From Patescibacteria group bacterium (GTDB lineage Bacteria > Patescibacteriota > Dojkabacteria > J137): a DNA stretch of 64,000 nucleotides. The stretch is taken from the NCBI GenBank assembly GCA_016861265.1, contig BOLA01000001.1, forward strand, positions 331,569-395,568, written 5' to 3'. The position numbers and the translations under genes were made by a program. Positions 49,144 to 60,220 of the stretch are shown here, piece after piece (within the stretch, counting starts at the first letter, position 1; each line of letters starts with the position of its first letter). The notes beneath the pieces were generated by a model, which was given only the letters and a program-made list of their open reading frames with translations, was not told the DNA's origin and did not search any database.

Positions 49144-51294
49144 TTACTTAGCTTCTCCTAACAATTTTTCCATAATGTTTCTTGGAACTTCTGCGTAGTG
49201 GCTTGGTTCCATATTTGGAGCAGCAGTACCAGATGTTAGGTTTCTTAGATCAGAAACATAACCGAATAATTCTGATAATGGCGCTTCTGCAATAATCTCT
49301 TTTGTCTTACCTCTTTGTAGTAAGTTTTTAATTAAACCTCTCTTAGATGATAAGTAACCTGTACATGCTCCAACATAATCCTCTGGAACATTAATTGTTA
49401 CAGTCATAATTGGTTCTAATAGAACTGGACTACAAGCCTTCATTGCATTCTTAAATCCGTAGTATGCACAAGTTCTGAATGTATCAGTATTTGAGTCAAC
49501 TTCGTGGTAAGAACCGTCAACGATCTCTGCTTGAACATCGACAACTGGATAACCACCTAATGGACCAGCTGTAATAGATTCTTGAATACCTTTGTCGATA
49601 GAAGAGATATATTCTCTTGGAATTGCTCCTCCCTTAATACTATCTACAAATTTATATCCTTCTCCTCTTTCTAAAGGTTGTAATACAAATGCAATATCGG
49701 CGTACTGACCAGCACCTCCAGATTGCTTCTTTAGTAATTCTCTGTGTTCACCCTTTGCAGTAATTGTTTCTCTGTATGCAACTTGTGGTTTACCTACATT
49801 TACTTCAATTCCATACTCTCTTTTTAGAATATCTACCTTAATGTCTAAGTGCAATTCACCCATTCCTGCAATAATTACCTGACCAGTTTCCTTGTCGGTT
49901 TCTGCTTTGAATGTTGGATCTTCCGATACTAACTTACCTAGAGCTTCAGATAACTTTTCCTGATCTGACTTTGTCTTTGGCTCAATAGCAAATTTTACAA
50001 CAGGTTCGGCAAAGTTAATTCCTTCTAATTGAATTGGCTTAGCTTCATCACAAATTGTGTTTCCCGTTTTTGTATCTTTAAATCCTACGATAGCTGCAAT
50101 GTCTCCTGCTCTAACTTCCTTAACTTCTTCTCTGTGATTTGCGTGCATCATTAAAATTCTACCAACTCTTTCCTTGTTGCCACTTGTTGAGTTGTATACG
50201 TAACTACCTGATTGTAATTTACCGGAGTAAACTCTAAAGAAGGCTAGGTTACCTACGTGAGGATCAACAGCTAATTTGAATACTAAACCAGCAAATGGTT
50301 CCGAATCATCAAGTTTTCTAACAATGATTTCTCCATTCTTTGGATCAGTTCCAGGAATTTCATCCTTATAGATTTTTTCTTCTTTTGTTTCCGGATCTTC
50401 CTTTGCGAAATATTTATCGTGTGGTGAAGGTAAATATCTACAAACATTATCCAACATTTCTTGAACACCTTTGTTTCTTAAAGATGAACCTGCCATAACA
50501 GGGAAGATCTTACTAATTAGCACTCCCTTTCTAATTGCAGCAGTTAATTCTTCTGTTGAAATCTCAGCTCCGTCTAGATACTTCATTGCAATATCATCGT
50601 CAACATCGGCTACAACTTCAATTAACTTATTTCTATATTCAGTTGCTTTTGCAAGCATATCTTCAGGAATATCTGCAGTCTCAATTACCTTTCCTTCATC
50701 GTCCTTATGTATTTGAACTTTGAATTTAACTAGGTCAACAATTCCTCTGAACTCGTTTTCAATTCCAACTGGAATACTTATAGGTACAGCTTTCTCGCTT
50801 AAATGTTCTACAATGCTTTCGTATGACTTAAAGAAGTCAGCACCGATGTTATCAAGCTTATTAATATAACAAAGTCTTGGAACTCTGTATTTTTCTGCCT
50901 GGAACCAAACTTTTGAAGATTGTGGTTCTACACCCATTTTTCCATCGAATACAACAACAGCTCCATCTAGAACTCTTAATGATCTTTCTACTTCAGCTGT
51001 AAAGTCAACGTGACCCGGTGTATCGATAATATTAAATCTATAAGATTTACCTTCTAAATCCCAGAAAGCTGTTGTAGCTGCGGATTGAATAGTAATTCCT
51101 CTTTCTCTTTCCTGATCCATGAAGTCCATTTCAGCAGAACCTTCATGGGTTTCTCCTGTCTTATGTTTTCTACCTGTAAAGAAAAGAATTCTTTCTGTAG
51201 TGGTTGTTTTACCAGCATCTACATGGGCAATAATTCCAATGTTTCTGTAAAGATGGGTATCCTTTACCTTTGTGTAGTCTATAACTCCTGCCAT
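49144..51294 (-). CDS. fusA: Elongation factor G
   Basis: RNIGIIAHVDAGKTT, ERGITI, DTPGHVDF, NKLD, GMGELHL. Confidence 0.98.
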   Translation of the reverse strand: MAGVIDYTKVKDTHLYRNIGIIAHVDAGKTTTTERILFFTGRKHKTGETHEGSAEMDFMDQERERGITIQSAATTAFWDLEGKSYRFNIIDTPGHVDFTAEVERSLRVLDGAVVVFDGKMGVEPQSSKVWFQAEKYRVPRLCYINKLDNIGADFFKSYESIVEHLSEKAVPISIPVGIENEFRGIVDLVKFKVQIHKDDEGKVIETADIPEDMLAKATEYRNKLIEVVADVDDDIAMKYLDGAEISTEELTAAIRKGVLISKIFPVMAGSSLRNKGVQEMLDNVCRYLPSPHDKYFAKEDPETKEEKIYKDEIPGTDPKNGEIIVRKLDDSEPFAGLVFKLAVDPHVGNLAFFRVYSGKLQSGSYVYNSTSGNKERVGRILMMHANHREEVKEVRAGDIAAIVGFKDTKTGNTICDEAKPIQLEGINFAEPVVKFAIEPKTKSDQEKLSEALGKLVSEDPTFKAETDKETGQVIIAGMGELHLDIKVDILKREYGIEVNVGKPQVAYRETITAKGEHRELLKKQSGGAGQYADIAFVLQPLERGEGYKFVDSIKGGAIPREYISSIDKGIQESITAGPLGGYPVVDVQAEIVDGSYHEVDSNTDTFRTCAYYGFKNAMKACSPVLLEPIMTVTINVPEDYVGACTGYLSSKRGLIKNLLQRGKTKEIIAEAPLSELFGYVSDLRNLTSGTAAPNMEPSHYAEVPRNIMEKLLGEAK

Positions 51295-51397
51295 ATAAGG
51301 TTAATAAAAAAATAATTTTGGATATAAAATTTCTGATATTCCAGCACGCGAATTATGCCAAAAAATGGCTGAAAAATCAATCAGACTAAGTAATCTA

Positions 51398-51805
51398 TTA
51401 AGAGAATTTAATAATGAACTTATAAGTATCACTTCCGCAATAACCTTCAATTTCTTCTCCAGATGCCCGACTCTCTAGTTGAACCTGGGTTACACCCGTT
51501 GGGGGAAGAAATTCCTTAACGTTTAGTTTTGGTATATTGAGATATGCAGTACAGTCGTAGGTATTATTTGTCTCGATATCAAGTCTTGTGGGTATATTTG
51601 CCTGTGCCAGTATTCTATTTGGTGCGTAGCCAAGACCAGCCTTGATGCTTATTACCTGTACACCACTTTCTAGTCTTACACCTTTATTTGTATATTCAAC
51701 CACGGTTGCATTACTCTTTGCTAATAAAACACCCGCTACAGCTACGCTAAGGAATGCAAAAATAAGAACAGAAACTTGTAATGTTTGTTTTTTATTTATT
51801 TTCAT
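51398..51805 (-). CDS. Membrane-anchored cupredoxin-like domain protein
   Basis: GYAPN.I.A....P......C....IPKL...LP.TG...YCG; Met ligands appear absent. Confidence 0.65.
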   Translation of the reverse strand: MKINKKQTLQVSVLIFAFLSVAVAGVLLAKSNATVVEYTNKGVRLESGVQVISIKAGLGYAPNRILAQANIPTRLDIETNNTYDCTAYLNIPKLNVKEFLPPTGVTQVQLESRASGEEIEGYCGSDTYKFIIKFS

Positions 51806-51846
51806 CTATAGAAAAATACACTTACAATGTGAATTTATTATAAATA

Positions 51847-54600
51847 TCACTCGCTAACGTACCCTACTTCTCTTAATGAGTACTTATTATAATTTAGGTC
51901 TGTTTTAAAAATCTCTCTATACCTAGGATCAAAATAGAATACCTGTGAAGGTTGAAATTGATTTGCGTTTAAATTTACGTCTCTCTGCAAGGTCACATCG
52001 TTTGCCGTAACTGAACCTTTTACCATTAATCCATAACCCTTCTGATTCACATCTGGAACATCTCTTTTGGCAATAAAGGTGCCATCCGTAAAGAAACCTC
52101 CTTCTATTAGATCGTAGCCTACTAAGTTCGGTGAATCGACAACACCCCCTCCACTTCTACTTGGAACAGTCTCGATGTTAATGTTTCCCAAGGCGACAAA
52201 TAGACAACCATTCGAACTATTATTGACTGTTAGATTTGGTGTAATGGTTATTGTTCCCTTCACCAGGAATATTGACTGCGTATCGCATACTACATTTCGA
52301 CCAATTGTTAAGTTTCCACCAATTTGAATATGTTTTTTCGTTCCTGCAGGTACACCTAAGAAGCTCGATGTATTTCCGGAAGATATATTCGCATTAGAAG
52401 ATGCATAAGTATTTGCATCTAGTAGATTTAATGAGTTTGATCTTACCAGGTTTGTTAAATAGTCATACCAATCGGCTGCTCCGGTATCCAATGGAGGATT
52501 TAGGGTTAGATCTTCATAATTAACAATATATTGCTGTTGCTTAGACTGTTTTCTAATTGGTAAATTACCATTCCCGCTTATTAAACCATAGGTTGAAACA
52601 TAGGTAGCAGCTCTATCAGAAAGCAAGGGATTACCTGAAGTGTCTTTTAGCACATCACTGTATTGATCAAGACCACTTGGAACAGAAATTCCCGTAACTC
52701 CTCCACCAGCAGAGACTCCTCCATCGAAGCTTATTAACCAAGGGTTCTGTGAAAGCGAACTGGTTGTTGCGACAGATTGATTGCATGCATTATCCTGCAT
52801 AAATTCATAGAAAACATAGTTTGTCTGGGCCGATGGATCAAGGTCCTCGTATAATCTTGTTCCAATATTTGCCTCATTAACAAAAGCATTACTTGCCGGT
52901 ATTGCAGAGAATAGCAATCCACCTTGTTTGTATGCAGTAACATCAGGAATTGTAGATGTATTCATTTGACTAAAGTCGACCACTCCACCTCCCGGACTTA
53001 AGTCCGTTAATGTAGAAGTTGTAACATCCCTTACAACATAACTTTTTACTTTCAGACCATTTGAATCAGACGCTCCCCACTTAACATTAAATTGATTACC
53101 AGTAATTGCCTTGGAGCTAAAAGTAGGATCGGTAGGAAGGGTCAAGTCAACTCCCCAGTTTGTCAATGTCGACGTAGCATTTAATTTTTTGTATACAAAT
53201 GGTGCACCAGGTGTTGAATCATAAGAACCTACAATATTATTACCCGGGTCTATAATTATTGCCGCTGTATAAAAGTCATACCTTCCGTCTTGTAAGTCCT
53301 TTAAAGCAATTTTAAAGTTTGTTGAACTGCCGTTAGAAGTCGTAGCTCCCTTAATATCTTGTAAAATCACACCATAACCGGTAGCATTTCCAGAAGTTGC
53401 TGTATTAGAGCCAGTCGTTCCCCAGGAATCTCCCACACCTACACCGGCATATACCTGACCTTGAAGTAACACTCCTCCTCTTAGTCCAACTTTTACGGCG
53501 AACCCAGTCGCCTTACCGCCTACCAATTTAATCTTGTTAAGAATATTGGCATCGGAATCTATATCAGGATTTGCTCCTGATGTTGGCACAGCTGCTAACC
53601 ATACCTGTTGATATTGATTTGCCGCATTAGTTGTAAAATTCACTCTAAAATCTATTGGATTGGTAACACTGGCTTGTCCAAGAGCTCCGCTGAATCCGCT
53701 CTTACACACATCAGCTTGAATTCCATTTCCAGTTGTTAATTTAACCTCGTCGTTAAGTATTGTAAATCTGTTAATTGCACTTACTGTTGACAAAGAACCG
53801 TTACTCTTTGTTACTCTCCAACATACACTATCGCCAGCCTTTAGACCTGCTGATGCAGGGATTGTTGTAACTGCACCTAAGTTTACCCAACTGGTACATG
53901 CACCTGTTGAATATTCCACTCTATAGCTATTTGAATTACTTGGACAACCTACTCCCCAACCGGAAGATGCCACGTCGTAGGTTAAAGGAATCGCAATCGG
54001 ATTGGCATCTGGTGCTGCTATACCAGCCCCGTTTGCAGGCTTGATTAGGGATGCTGCACCAGGGTAAGAGGTTGTACAAGGTGGAACTCTAGGATAGACA
54101 GTAAATGTATCGTAACTTGCAGTACAACTCTTAGATGTATTTTTGTAGCAAGTAGCAGTATATGTCCCGGCTTCGGGAATCTGGTACATTAGGGAAGTAC
54201 AGTCATTCTTTATTTGAGAAGCGACAACGGCACCTGTATTCTTATTCTTGACCTCTACATAGGAAGGGGTTGCGCAACCAGGTCCAAAGGACAACTGAAC
54301 AAAGCATTGAACTTGCATCCACAATTGGTTTGTTGATGACGTCTTAAAATTTTTACCAGTTATATCAGATCCGCCGAACCAACCCCATTGTGTTCCCTGG
54401 GTAGGATCTGTTTTACAGCCATTGTAAAGGTTTCGATTTGAACAGTTTGCCCAAAATTGAACATCAGGATTGGTAAAACCACAAGCCCCACCCGGTGTGT
54501 ACACCTGTGCTTTAAGTTGTAAGGATTGTTGCCCCAATGTTCCAAGCAATCCAAATAAAGCAAATACCATTAATTTTAAAATGAGTTTTTTATTCAACAA
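51847..54600 (-). CDS. Large secreted protein, Cys-rich N-terminus; paralogue of 55306-58188
   Basis: Signal peptide; C-terminal LQRDVNLNANQFQP..FYFDPRYREIFK shared with the paralogue. Confidence 0.8.
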   Translation of the reverse strand: MLNKKLILKLMVFALFGLLGTLGQQSLQLKAQVYTPGGACGFTNPDVQFWANCSNRNLYNGCKTDPTQGTQWGWFGGSDITGKNFKTSSTNQLWMQVQCFVQLSFGPGCATPSYVEVKNKNTGAVVASQIKNDCTSLMYQIPEAGTYTATCYKNTSKSCTASYDTFTVYPRVPPCTTSYPGAASLIKPANGAGIAAPDANPIAIPLTYDVASSGWGVGCPSNSNSYRVEYSTGACTSWVNLGAVTTIPASAGLKAGDSVCWRVTKSNGSLSTVSAINRFTILNDEVKLTTGNGIQADVCKSGFSGALGQASVTNPIDFRVNFTTNAANQYQQVWLAAVPTSGANPDIDSDANILNKIKLVGGKATGFAVKVGLRGGVLLQGQVYAGVGVGDSWGTTGSNTATSGNATGYGVILQDIKGATTSNGSSTNFKIALKDLQDGRYDFYTAAIIIDPGNNIVGSYDSTPGAPFVYKKLNATSTLTNWGVDLTLPTDPTFSSKAITGNQFNVKWGASDSNGLKVKSYVVRDVTTSTLTDLSPGGGVVDFSQMNTSTIPDVTAYKQGGLLFSAIPASNAFVNEANIGTRLYEDLDPSAQTNYVFYEFMQDNACNQSVATTSSLSQNPWLISFDGGVSAGGGVTGISVPSGLDQYSDVLKDTSGNPLLSDRAATYVSTYGLISGNGNLPIRKQSKQQQYIVNYEDLTLNPPLDTGAADWYDYLTNLVRSNSLNLLDANTYASSNANISSGNTSSFLGVPAGTKKHIQIGGNLTIGRNVVCDTQSIFLVKGTITITPNLTVNNSSNGCLFVALGNINIETVPSRSGGGVVDSPNLVGYDLIEGGFFTDGTFIAKRDVPDVNQKGYGLMVKGSVTANDVTLQRDVNLNANQFQPSQVFYFDPRYREIFKTDLNYNKYSLREVGYVSE

Positions 54601-55246
54601 CTTTAATTGATAAAACTAAATTATAGAAATTATCTAAATATATCTTATTTTCCTCCTGGTCTAAAGGTATGTTTCCAGAAGTTATGCATAGGTTTTTATT
54701 AATACAACCGTACACTTGCTGTGTGTACTTTACAATTTCAACCCCTGCGGAGTCAGCATTTAAAGCTAGTTCTTCATTTGGAACATAAACATTCACACTG
54801 GTGTATTGAAATAGTTTTGGTCCTTCCTTGGTCTGAACATCTATATTATAAGTGCTTTCTGCATTAACACCTTCCTCCGAATTATTAATAGCACGCACTG
54901 GACTATCAGAAACATAAAAAGTAATATCGCCTCTATTTATTTTATAGATTAGACAATTCTTTGATGTATCTATGCATTCAATATTCTCATAAGAAGCCCC
55001 TCTGCTCGCATCTACTTGAGTCCAATCATTTTCTAGTGAATAGTAACGACTCTTTAACTTGATTGTATTGGCCTCTGTTGCCTCTATGTAGGTTTCGGAG
55101 TCGTCCACATAACTTATAGGCTCAGGAATTGTTAAGTCTAAGACTTCTCCTTTATAAAGGAATGCGACTATAACAGTTGCTATAAATACAACTCCTAGAA
55201 CTAATACGGCGTAAATTTCATAGTTAAATCTCTTTGTCTCCTGCAT
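54590..55246 (-). CDS. Hypothetical single-TM protein
   Basis: N-terminal TM, Cys pairs; overlaps the start of the next gene. Confidence 0.7.
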   Translation of the reverse strand: MQETKRFNYEIYAVLVLGVVFIATVIVAFLYKGEVLDLTIPEPISYVDDSETYIEATEANTIKLKSRYYSLENDWTQVDASRGASYENIECIDTSKNCLIYKINRGDITFYVSDSPVRAINNSEEGVNAESTYNIDVQTKEGPKLFQYTSVNVYVPNEELALNADSAGVEIVKYTQQVYGCINKNLCITSGNIPLDQEENKIYLDNFYNLVLSIKVVE

Positions 55247-55305
55247 ACTAAAAGTATAATGTACTTGAAGTTATGAGTAAACACTAAAGAATAAGAAGAT
55301 ATAAT

Positions 55306-58188
55306 TTAATTATCTATATAACCTATTTCTCTAATCGAATACTTATTGTAGTTAAGGTCATTCTTAAATATTTCTCTATATCTTGGATCAAAGTAAAATA
55401 ATTGAGCGGGCTGAGATTGATTCGAATTCAAATTTAGATCTCTTTGTAATACAACATTTTCTGAAACAACAGAACCTTTAATTGCTAGTCCATCGTTCTT
55501 TAGACCGTTTCCTGCAACGTCTTTCTTTGTTATAAATTGACCGTCAGTAAATAATGCAGACTCAATTAAATCGTAATTTGCTAATTGTGAATTATCTATA
55601 GAAACGTTCGAAGTTGCGGATGCTCCATTATCAATCAAGATATCACCTGGTGTAACAAATATACATCCATTAGTATTACCACTTACTTTAAAGTCTGGAT
55701 TAAATTTAAGAGTCGTATTTTTGTATGTACCGTCTAGTGGACTTTGAACATTACCTACTACAAAGAATATTGTTTGAGTATCACAAACTGCTGTAGAGTT
55801 AACTGTTAAATTACCATTTATTAATGCATGAGCCTTTGTGCCTGCTCCTATACCCAAGAATGCCGATGTATTTCCATTCAATACTTGAGTAGTTTGATAA
55901 TTTACAAAACTAGCCACTGCGTTTTTCTTAACTGTGTCCAATAAGTAGTCGTACCACTTAGAAAATCCCGAATCTAATGGTGGTTTAATCGTTAAGTCCT
56001 CGTAGTTTTTAATATATTGTTGTGTCTTTGATTGCTTTCTTATTGGGAGGTCTGGTGTTCCACTTATAGCACCATATGTAGATAAGAATACTGATTGTCT
56101 ATCTATTAGTATTGAGTTACCTGATCGGTCTTTTAGAACATCAGGCAGTTCATTTAAAGTCACCGGAAGAGACAAATCTATTACACCTTTGCCTGCGGAC
56201 AGATCTCCGTTATAACTCAATACCCACGGCTTTTGTATAGTAGCAGACGTACTTACGACACTCTGATTACAAGCAGCATCTCTAGCATAGGCATAGAACT
56301 GATAATTTGTTTGTTTACTAGTATCGCTATCTGTATATGTTCTTGTCGTTAAGTTACCTTCATTTATATTTCCATTTTGATTATTTATATCAACATACCT
56401 TATTGTTCCAGTTGTAAAATTTGAGGAATCTGGCAAATTACCATTATTAAAGTTAATGTCACCGGTAGAATCATTTAATGAAGATTCAGTATTGTCTCTA
56501 GTTATAAAAGATTTTAAATTTAAACCATTTGGCTCTATAAAGCTCCAATTTACTTGGAATTTACCGTCGGCCGTATATTTAACATTTGTAAATGCGCTTG
56601 TAGCGGCCACCGGAGATAGATCTACACCCCAGTTTGTTCTACTTGCACTAGCATTAGTTCTTTTATATGCATATGGCTGTCCTGGTGATGCAAACGATGT
56701 CTTTAGATTTCCTAGAGGATCTGTTATTAATGCAGCTACATAGAAGGCATATTTACCATAGTACATTGAGTCAATTCTAATTCTAAAATTACTTGATAGG
56801 TTATTGCCTGATACAGAAGCAATAGAGTTAGTTCGGAATTCTTTTAAGGTTGCACCATAACCAGATATATCTCCCGAAGAAGTAATGGATTTCCATACTC
56901 CACCATCGTAAGCCCTTGCTTCTACGGCATTACCGAAACTATCTAAAATTAGCTTGAATGCCGCTCCTTTTGAGAGTCTTACTTTATCTAATATTCCTGA
57001 ATATTCTGCCACATCTTGAATTTCCATATACTTACATACATTATCATCTATTGTAGATGCTGTATTTCCTGTGAATTGCTTACAATCGTAGTTGAATGCA
57101 GTATTATCTGGAACCATAGCAATCCAAACTTCCTTGTAAATATTTCCTGCAGCGGTGGAGAAGTTTACAGAATAATCAACTGGATTAGAGACCAATGGAG
57201 ACCCGGAAACACCGGAGAATCCATTAGAACAAACATCCGCTTTTACACCCGCACTAACTACATTAACGGTATCGTTAATTACTGTAAATCTATTTACTGA
57301 ACTCAATACTTTAATTCCACTTCCATTGTCTTTCGATATTCGCCAACAATATGTTACACCCTTTGTTAATCCGGTAAATTGGTTTACACTACCCCAGCTC
57401 TGATAAGCCCCCGAACAATTCGGACTTAATTGAACATCGTAAGTATTATTATTAGAAGGACAGGCTGTACCCCAGCCATTCAATGCATAAGTTATTGCAA
57501 CAGAATTATTTGTCCCGAGATTAACTTGAGAATTATTAGCGGGAGTACTTAATGTTGCAGCTACTGGATCGCTTGGTGTACAAGCAATAAGAGAACATGC
57601 ATAGGCAAGATCTGCTACAGTAGGATTATTTCCATTATATAAGGCATAAGAATTATACTGGTCTCTAGCTACGCATTTATGAGTTTCAATACCGGGAGCT
57701 CCCCCAGGTACACAATAAGTCGTGTCGTCTTGAAAAGGTTTAGAAGTTCTACAGTTAGGACCTACAATATATCGACATGTTGATTTACCATCTCCACATA
57801 GTCCCACACTTGCATTGCATGTTTGTCCACAGGTTCTACCCGCAGAACAATCACAATTAGCACCGGGGACGGTCATGCCTATAGGACAAAATGCATTTGC
57901 ACATTCCTTTAACCCATCTCCATTTTCATCTCTACAAACCGCAACTCCACCATTCATGGCTCCTAAACAATCAGCTGTGGTGTTACATATTCCGTTATCG
58001 CACTCTTTTTTTCCATCACCATTCATATCAATACACTTTCCACCATCATCACAATCAGAATTAGAATTACATCTACCATACGCACACCTTCTGTAGTAAT
58101 AAGCATCAACATGACTAACAGACGTAATGGCTTCCGAGAATAAAAATAAAGAGATTATTACTAAGAATATTTTAAGTTTATTGGACAT
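55306..58188 (-). CDS. Large secreted protein with Cys-rich/DxNGDG N-terminus; paralogue of 51847-54600
   Basis: Signal peptide; CNSNSDC and CNTTADC repeats; shared C-terminal domain. Confidence 0.8.
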   Translation of the reverse strand: MSNKLKIFLVIISLFLFSEAITSVSHVDAYYYRRCAYGRCNSNSDCDDGGKCIDMNGDGKKECDNGICNTTADCLGAMNGGVAVCRDENGDGLKECANAFCPIGMTVPGANCDCSAGRTCGQTCNASVGLCGDGKSTCRYIVGPNCRTSKPFQDDTTYCVPGGAPGIETHKCVARDQYNSYALYNGNNPTVADLAYACSLIACTPSDPVAATLSTPANNSQVNLGTNNSVAITYALNGWGTACPSNNNTYDVQLSPNCSGAYQSWGSVNQFTGLTKGVTYCWRISKDNGSGIKVLSSVNRFTVINDTVNVVSAGVKADVCSNGFSGVSGSPLVSNPVDYSVNFSTAAGNIYKEVWIAMVPDNTAFNYDCKQFTGNTASTIDDNVCKYMEIQDVAEYSGILDKVRLSKGAAFKLILDSFGNAVEARAYDGGVWKSITSSGDISGYGATLKEFRTNSIASVSGNNLSSNFRIRIDSMYYGKYAFYVAALITDPLGNLKTSFASPGQPYAYKRTNASASRTNWGVDLSPVAATSAFTNVKYTADGKFQVNWSFIEPNGLNLKSFITRDNTESSLNDSTGDINFNNGNLPDSSNFTTGTIRYVDINNQNGNINEGNLTTRTYTDSDTSKQTNYQFYAYARDAACNQSVVSTSATIQKPWVLSYNGDLSAGKGVIDLSLPVTLNELPDVLKDRSGNSILIDRQSVFLSTYGAISGTPDLPIRKQSKTQQYIKNYEDLTIKPPLDSGFSKWYDYLLDTVKKNAVASFVNYQTTQVLNGNTSAFLGIGAGTKAHALINGNLTVNSTAVCDTQTIFFVVGNVQSPLDGTYKNTTLKFNPDFKVSGNTNGCIFVTPGDILIDNGASATSNVSIDNSQLANYDLIESALFTDGQFITKKDVAGNGLKNDGLAIKGSVVSENVVLQRDLNLNSNQSQPAQLFYFDPRYREIFKNDLNYNKYSIREIGYIDN

Positions 58189-58603
58189 GTTCTAAATTTA
58201 ATTGATCATTAATATATGAATTAACACAGGAAAATAATATATTTCCCGACTTTAAATCTTTTGAATTTGCTGGAATGGAAACCCTTATATATTCACAGTC
58301 TGAATTAGGAAACATTAATCCTTCGTATACAGACCAATTAGTCAAAAATTTATCTAAGTGTGTATCTTTAGAAAATTCGGCTGTCCCCACACCTACTTTC
58401 TCTATAATAAAACTATTTAAAGTTTGTTTAAATCTAAAATTACTCCTTTTTAGATAATAATTTACATAATTGTTCCCTTCTGCTTCAAAAAACTGGATAT
58501 TAGATGATGTAGCAATTTTAGGCGTAACATATATAGCCAAGTACGCAAAAGCCAGAATACTTAGTAGAGAAAAGATTATTGTAAAGGTTTTAATTGGGTT
58601 CAT
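58178..58603 (-). CDS. Hypothetical single-TM protein
   Basis: N-terminal TM; overlaps both neighbours. Confidence 0.65.
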   Translation of the reverse strand: MNPIKTFTIIFSLLSILAFAYLAIYVTPKIATSSNIQFFEAEGNNYVNYYLKRSNFRFKQTLNSFIIEKVGVGTAEFSKDTHLDKFLTNWSVYEGLMFPNSDCEYIRVSIPANSKDLKSGNILFSCVNSYINDQLNLEHVQ

Positions 58604-59048
58604 TTATAGATAAAGAAATTACTTTATAACTATTAGTATTAACATCTCTAAAAACTTTGAATGTATATTCTGTCCTCCACTCAGAAATTGCCTTAATACT
58701 TTCTGCCCTGTCTAATAATTTATGCTCTGGAATCCCATTAGCTAAGCTTACTGAGTATATTGATTTACCTACAATATCTTCTGGTATGTCTATTGAATTA
58801 AAATCATTATTTGAATCCGTAAACTGTATTCTTGCAAATCTTACGCCATCACTATAAAAATCGTATAGCTCACCTACTTTTGTGAATTCTTCATAAGAAG
58901 ATACTGAGGCCAAGTTTGGATTATTAGTCGAAAGCCAAAGATTTGATGTTTCAAATTCTGAGCCGAAGTAATTATTCCTAGAATTAAAATAGACAATGGA
59001 GCCTACAGTCAATAAGAATACGACAATTGAAGCAATCAGGAATCTCAT
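58590..59048 (-). CDS. Hypothetical single-TM protein
   Basis: N-terminal TM; operon-like overlap. Confidence 0.65.
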   Translation of the reverse strand: MRFLIASIVVFLLTVGSIVYFNSRNNYFGSEFETSNLWLSTNNPNLASVSSYEEFTKVGELYDFYSDGVRFARIQFTDSNNDFNSIDIPEDIVGKSIYSVSLANGIPEHKLLDRAESIKAISEWRTEYTFKVFRDVNTNSYKVISLSINEPN

Positions 59049-59093
59049 AATTTGCTATAACTACTTTTAGTATATAGAAAGCTGAGAGGACAA

Positions 59094-59540
59094 TCAACTC
59101 AAGAAAGCATCTATCAAAAGTTGTTCAGAATCCTCGGAAGAAATTCCATGTGACTTTAAATAGTAAATTTGATTTGGATCTAGATAACCAATTGTTGCAC
59201 CGTGACCACCCTTTACCTCGGATTCATTTATTTCAAGTGAAGGAATAGCTCGGGCAAAAGCCTTATCGGAAACTACAAGACAGTCAATTTTCAAATATGT
59301 ATCGGTTGAAACTGCACCTTTTTCAATTTTCAAAAGTCCTTCAAAATCAAATCTTGAATAATCAAATAGAACTGCTTTAATATTGATTCTTGAATTAGTA
59401 CGGGGCTTTTTATGTAGAAATGTTATTTTCGAATTTATTTGAGATTCATTTCTGCCTATACATTTACCTATAATGTTACAGTTTTCAACTATTTCGATTG
59501 TCTGCTCCGGAATTGTAAAATCTATTTCAATTGTAGTCAT
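59094..59540 (-). CDS. Short SufB/SufD-family protein (C-terminal half only)
   Basis: AIPSLEI....VKGGHGATIG..D..Q.YYL.S.GI....S..LLI.AF. Confidence 0.85.
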   Translation of the reverse strand: MTTIEIDFTIPEQTIEIVENCNIIGKCIGRNESQINSKITFLHKKPRTNSRINIKAVLFDYSRFDFEGLLKIEKGAVSTDTYLKIDCLVVSDKAFARAIPSLEINESEVKGGHGATIGYLDPNQIYYLKSHGISSEDSEQLLIDAFLS

Positions 59541-60180
59541 TTAGTAAGGTTAATTGATTTGATATTGGTTTAAAGCTCCTTCGGTGAATCTGGCTAACAC
59601 CGAATTTATTCAGTGCGTTTAAATGCTCTGGAGTTGGGTACCCCTTATTTTTGTTAAATGCATATTGATTATAACTTGAATGCAGTTGTGTCATTAAATT
59701 ATCTCTATAGACCTTAGCAAGAATTGATGCAGCGGCAACAGAATAAAATGTGGAATCTGCCTTAATTCTCTTTACGCTATTGTCCCCAAAGGCAGCCTTA
59801 AACTGTCCATCTATTATAAATAAAGCTCTTTTGTTTTGTTCAGCTACATATTTATTAAATTCTTGTACTGCTGTAGTAATAAGATTTGTAATTGTTAGTC
59901 CAATTCCGAACTGATTAATTGATTCAAGCTCTCCCGTAAGCACCATGTATTTATTATTCTGTAGTAATCCACACAATTCCTCCCTTTTTTCCTTTTTTAC
60001 AAGTTTAGAGTCGTTTATACCATTAATAAGACTATGATTGTTAAGATCTAGTACAAATGCGCCTATACATACAGGACCTGCCCATGCACCTCTACCTACT
60101 TCATCGATACCAATTATTAGGTCAGTATTGAATTCTTTTAGTAATTCTATATCTTTTGAAAAATCCAACGGAGTTGTCAT
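59527..60180 (-). CDS. rnhB: Ribonuclease HII
   Basis: GIDEVGRGAWAGP, NDSK, IDG, AAASILAKVYRD, NKGYPT, HRRSF. Confidence 0.97.
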   Translation of the reverse strand: MTTPLDFSKDIELLKEFNTDLIIGIDEVGRGAWAGPVCIGAFVLDLNNHSLINGINDSKLVKKEKREELCGLLQNNKYMVLTGELESINQFGIGLTITNLITTAVQEFNKYVAEQNKRALFIIDGQFKAAFGDNSVKRIKADSTFYSVAAASILAKVYRDNLMTQLHSSYNQYAFNKNKGYPTPEHLNALNKFGVSQIHRRSFKPISNQLTLLNDYN

Positions 60181-60220
60181 TAAGCTAAATGTAATATTTC
60201 CTACATTTTACCACCCAAAT

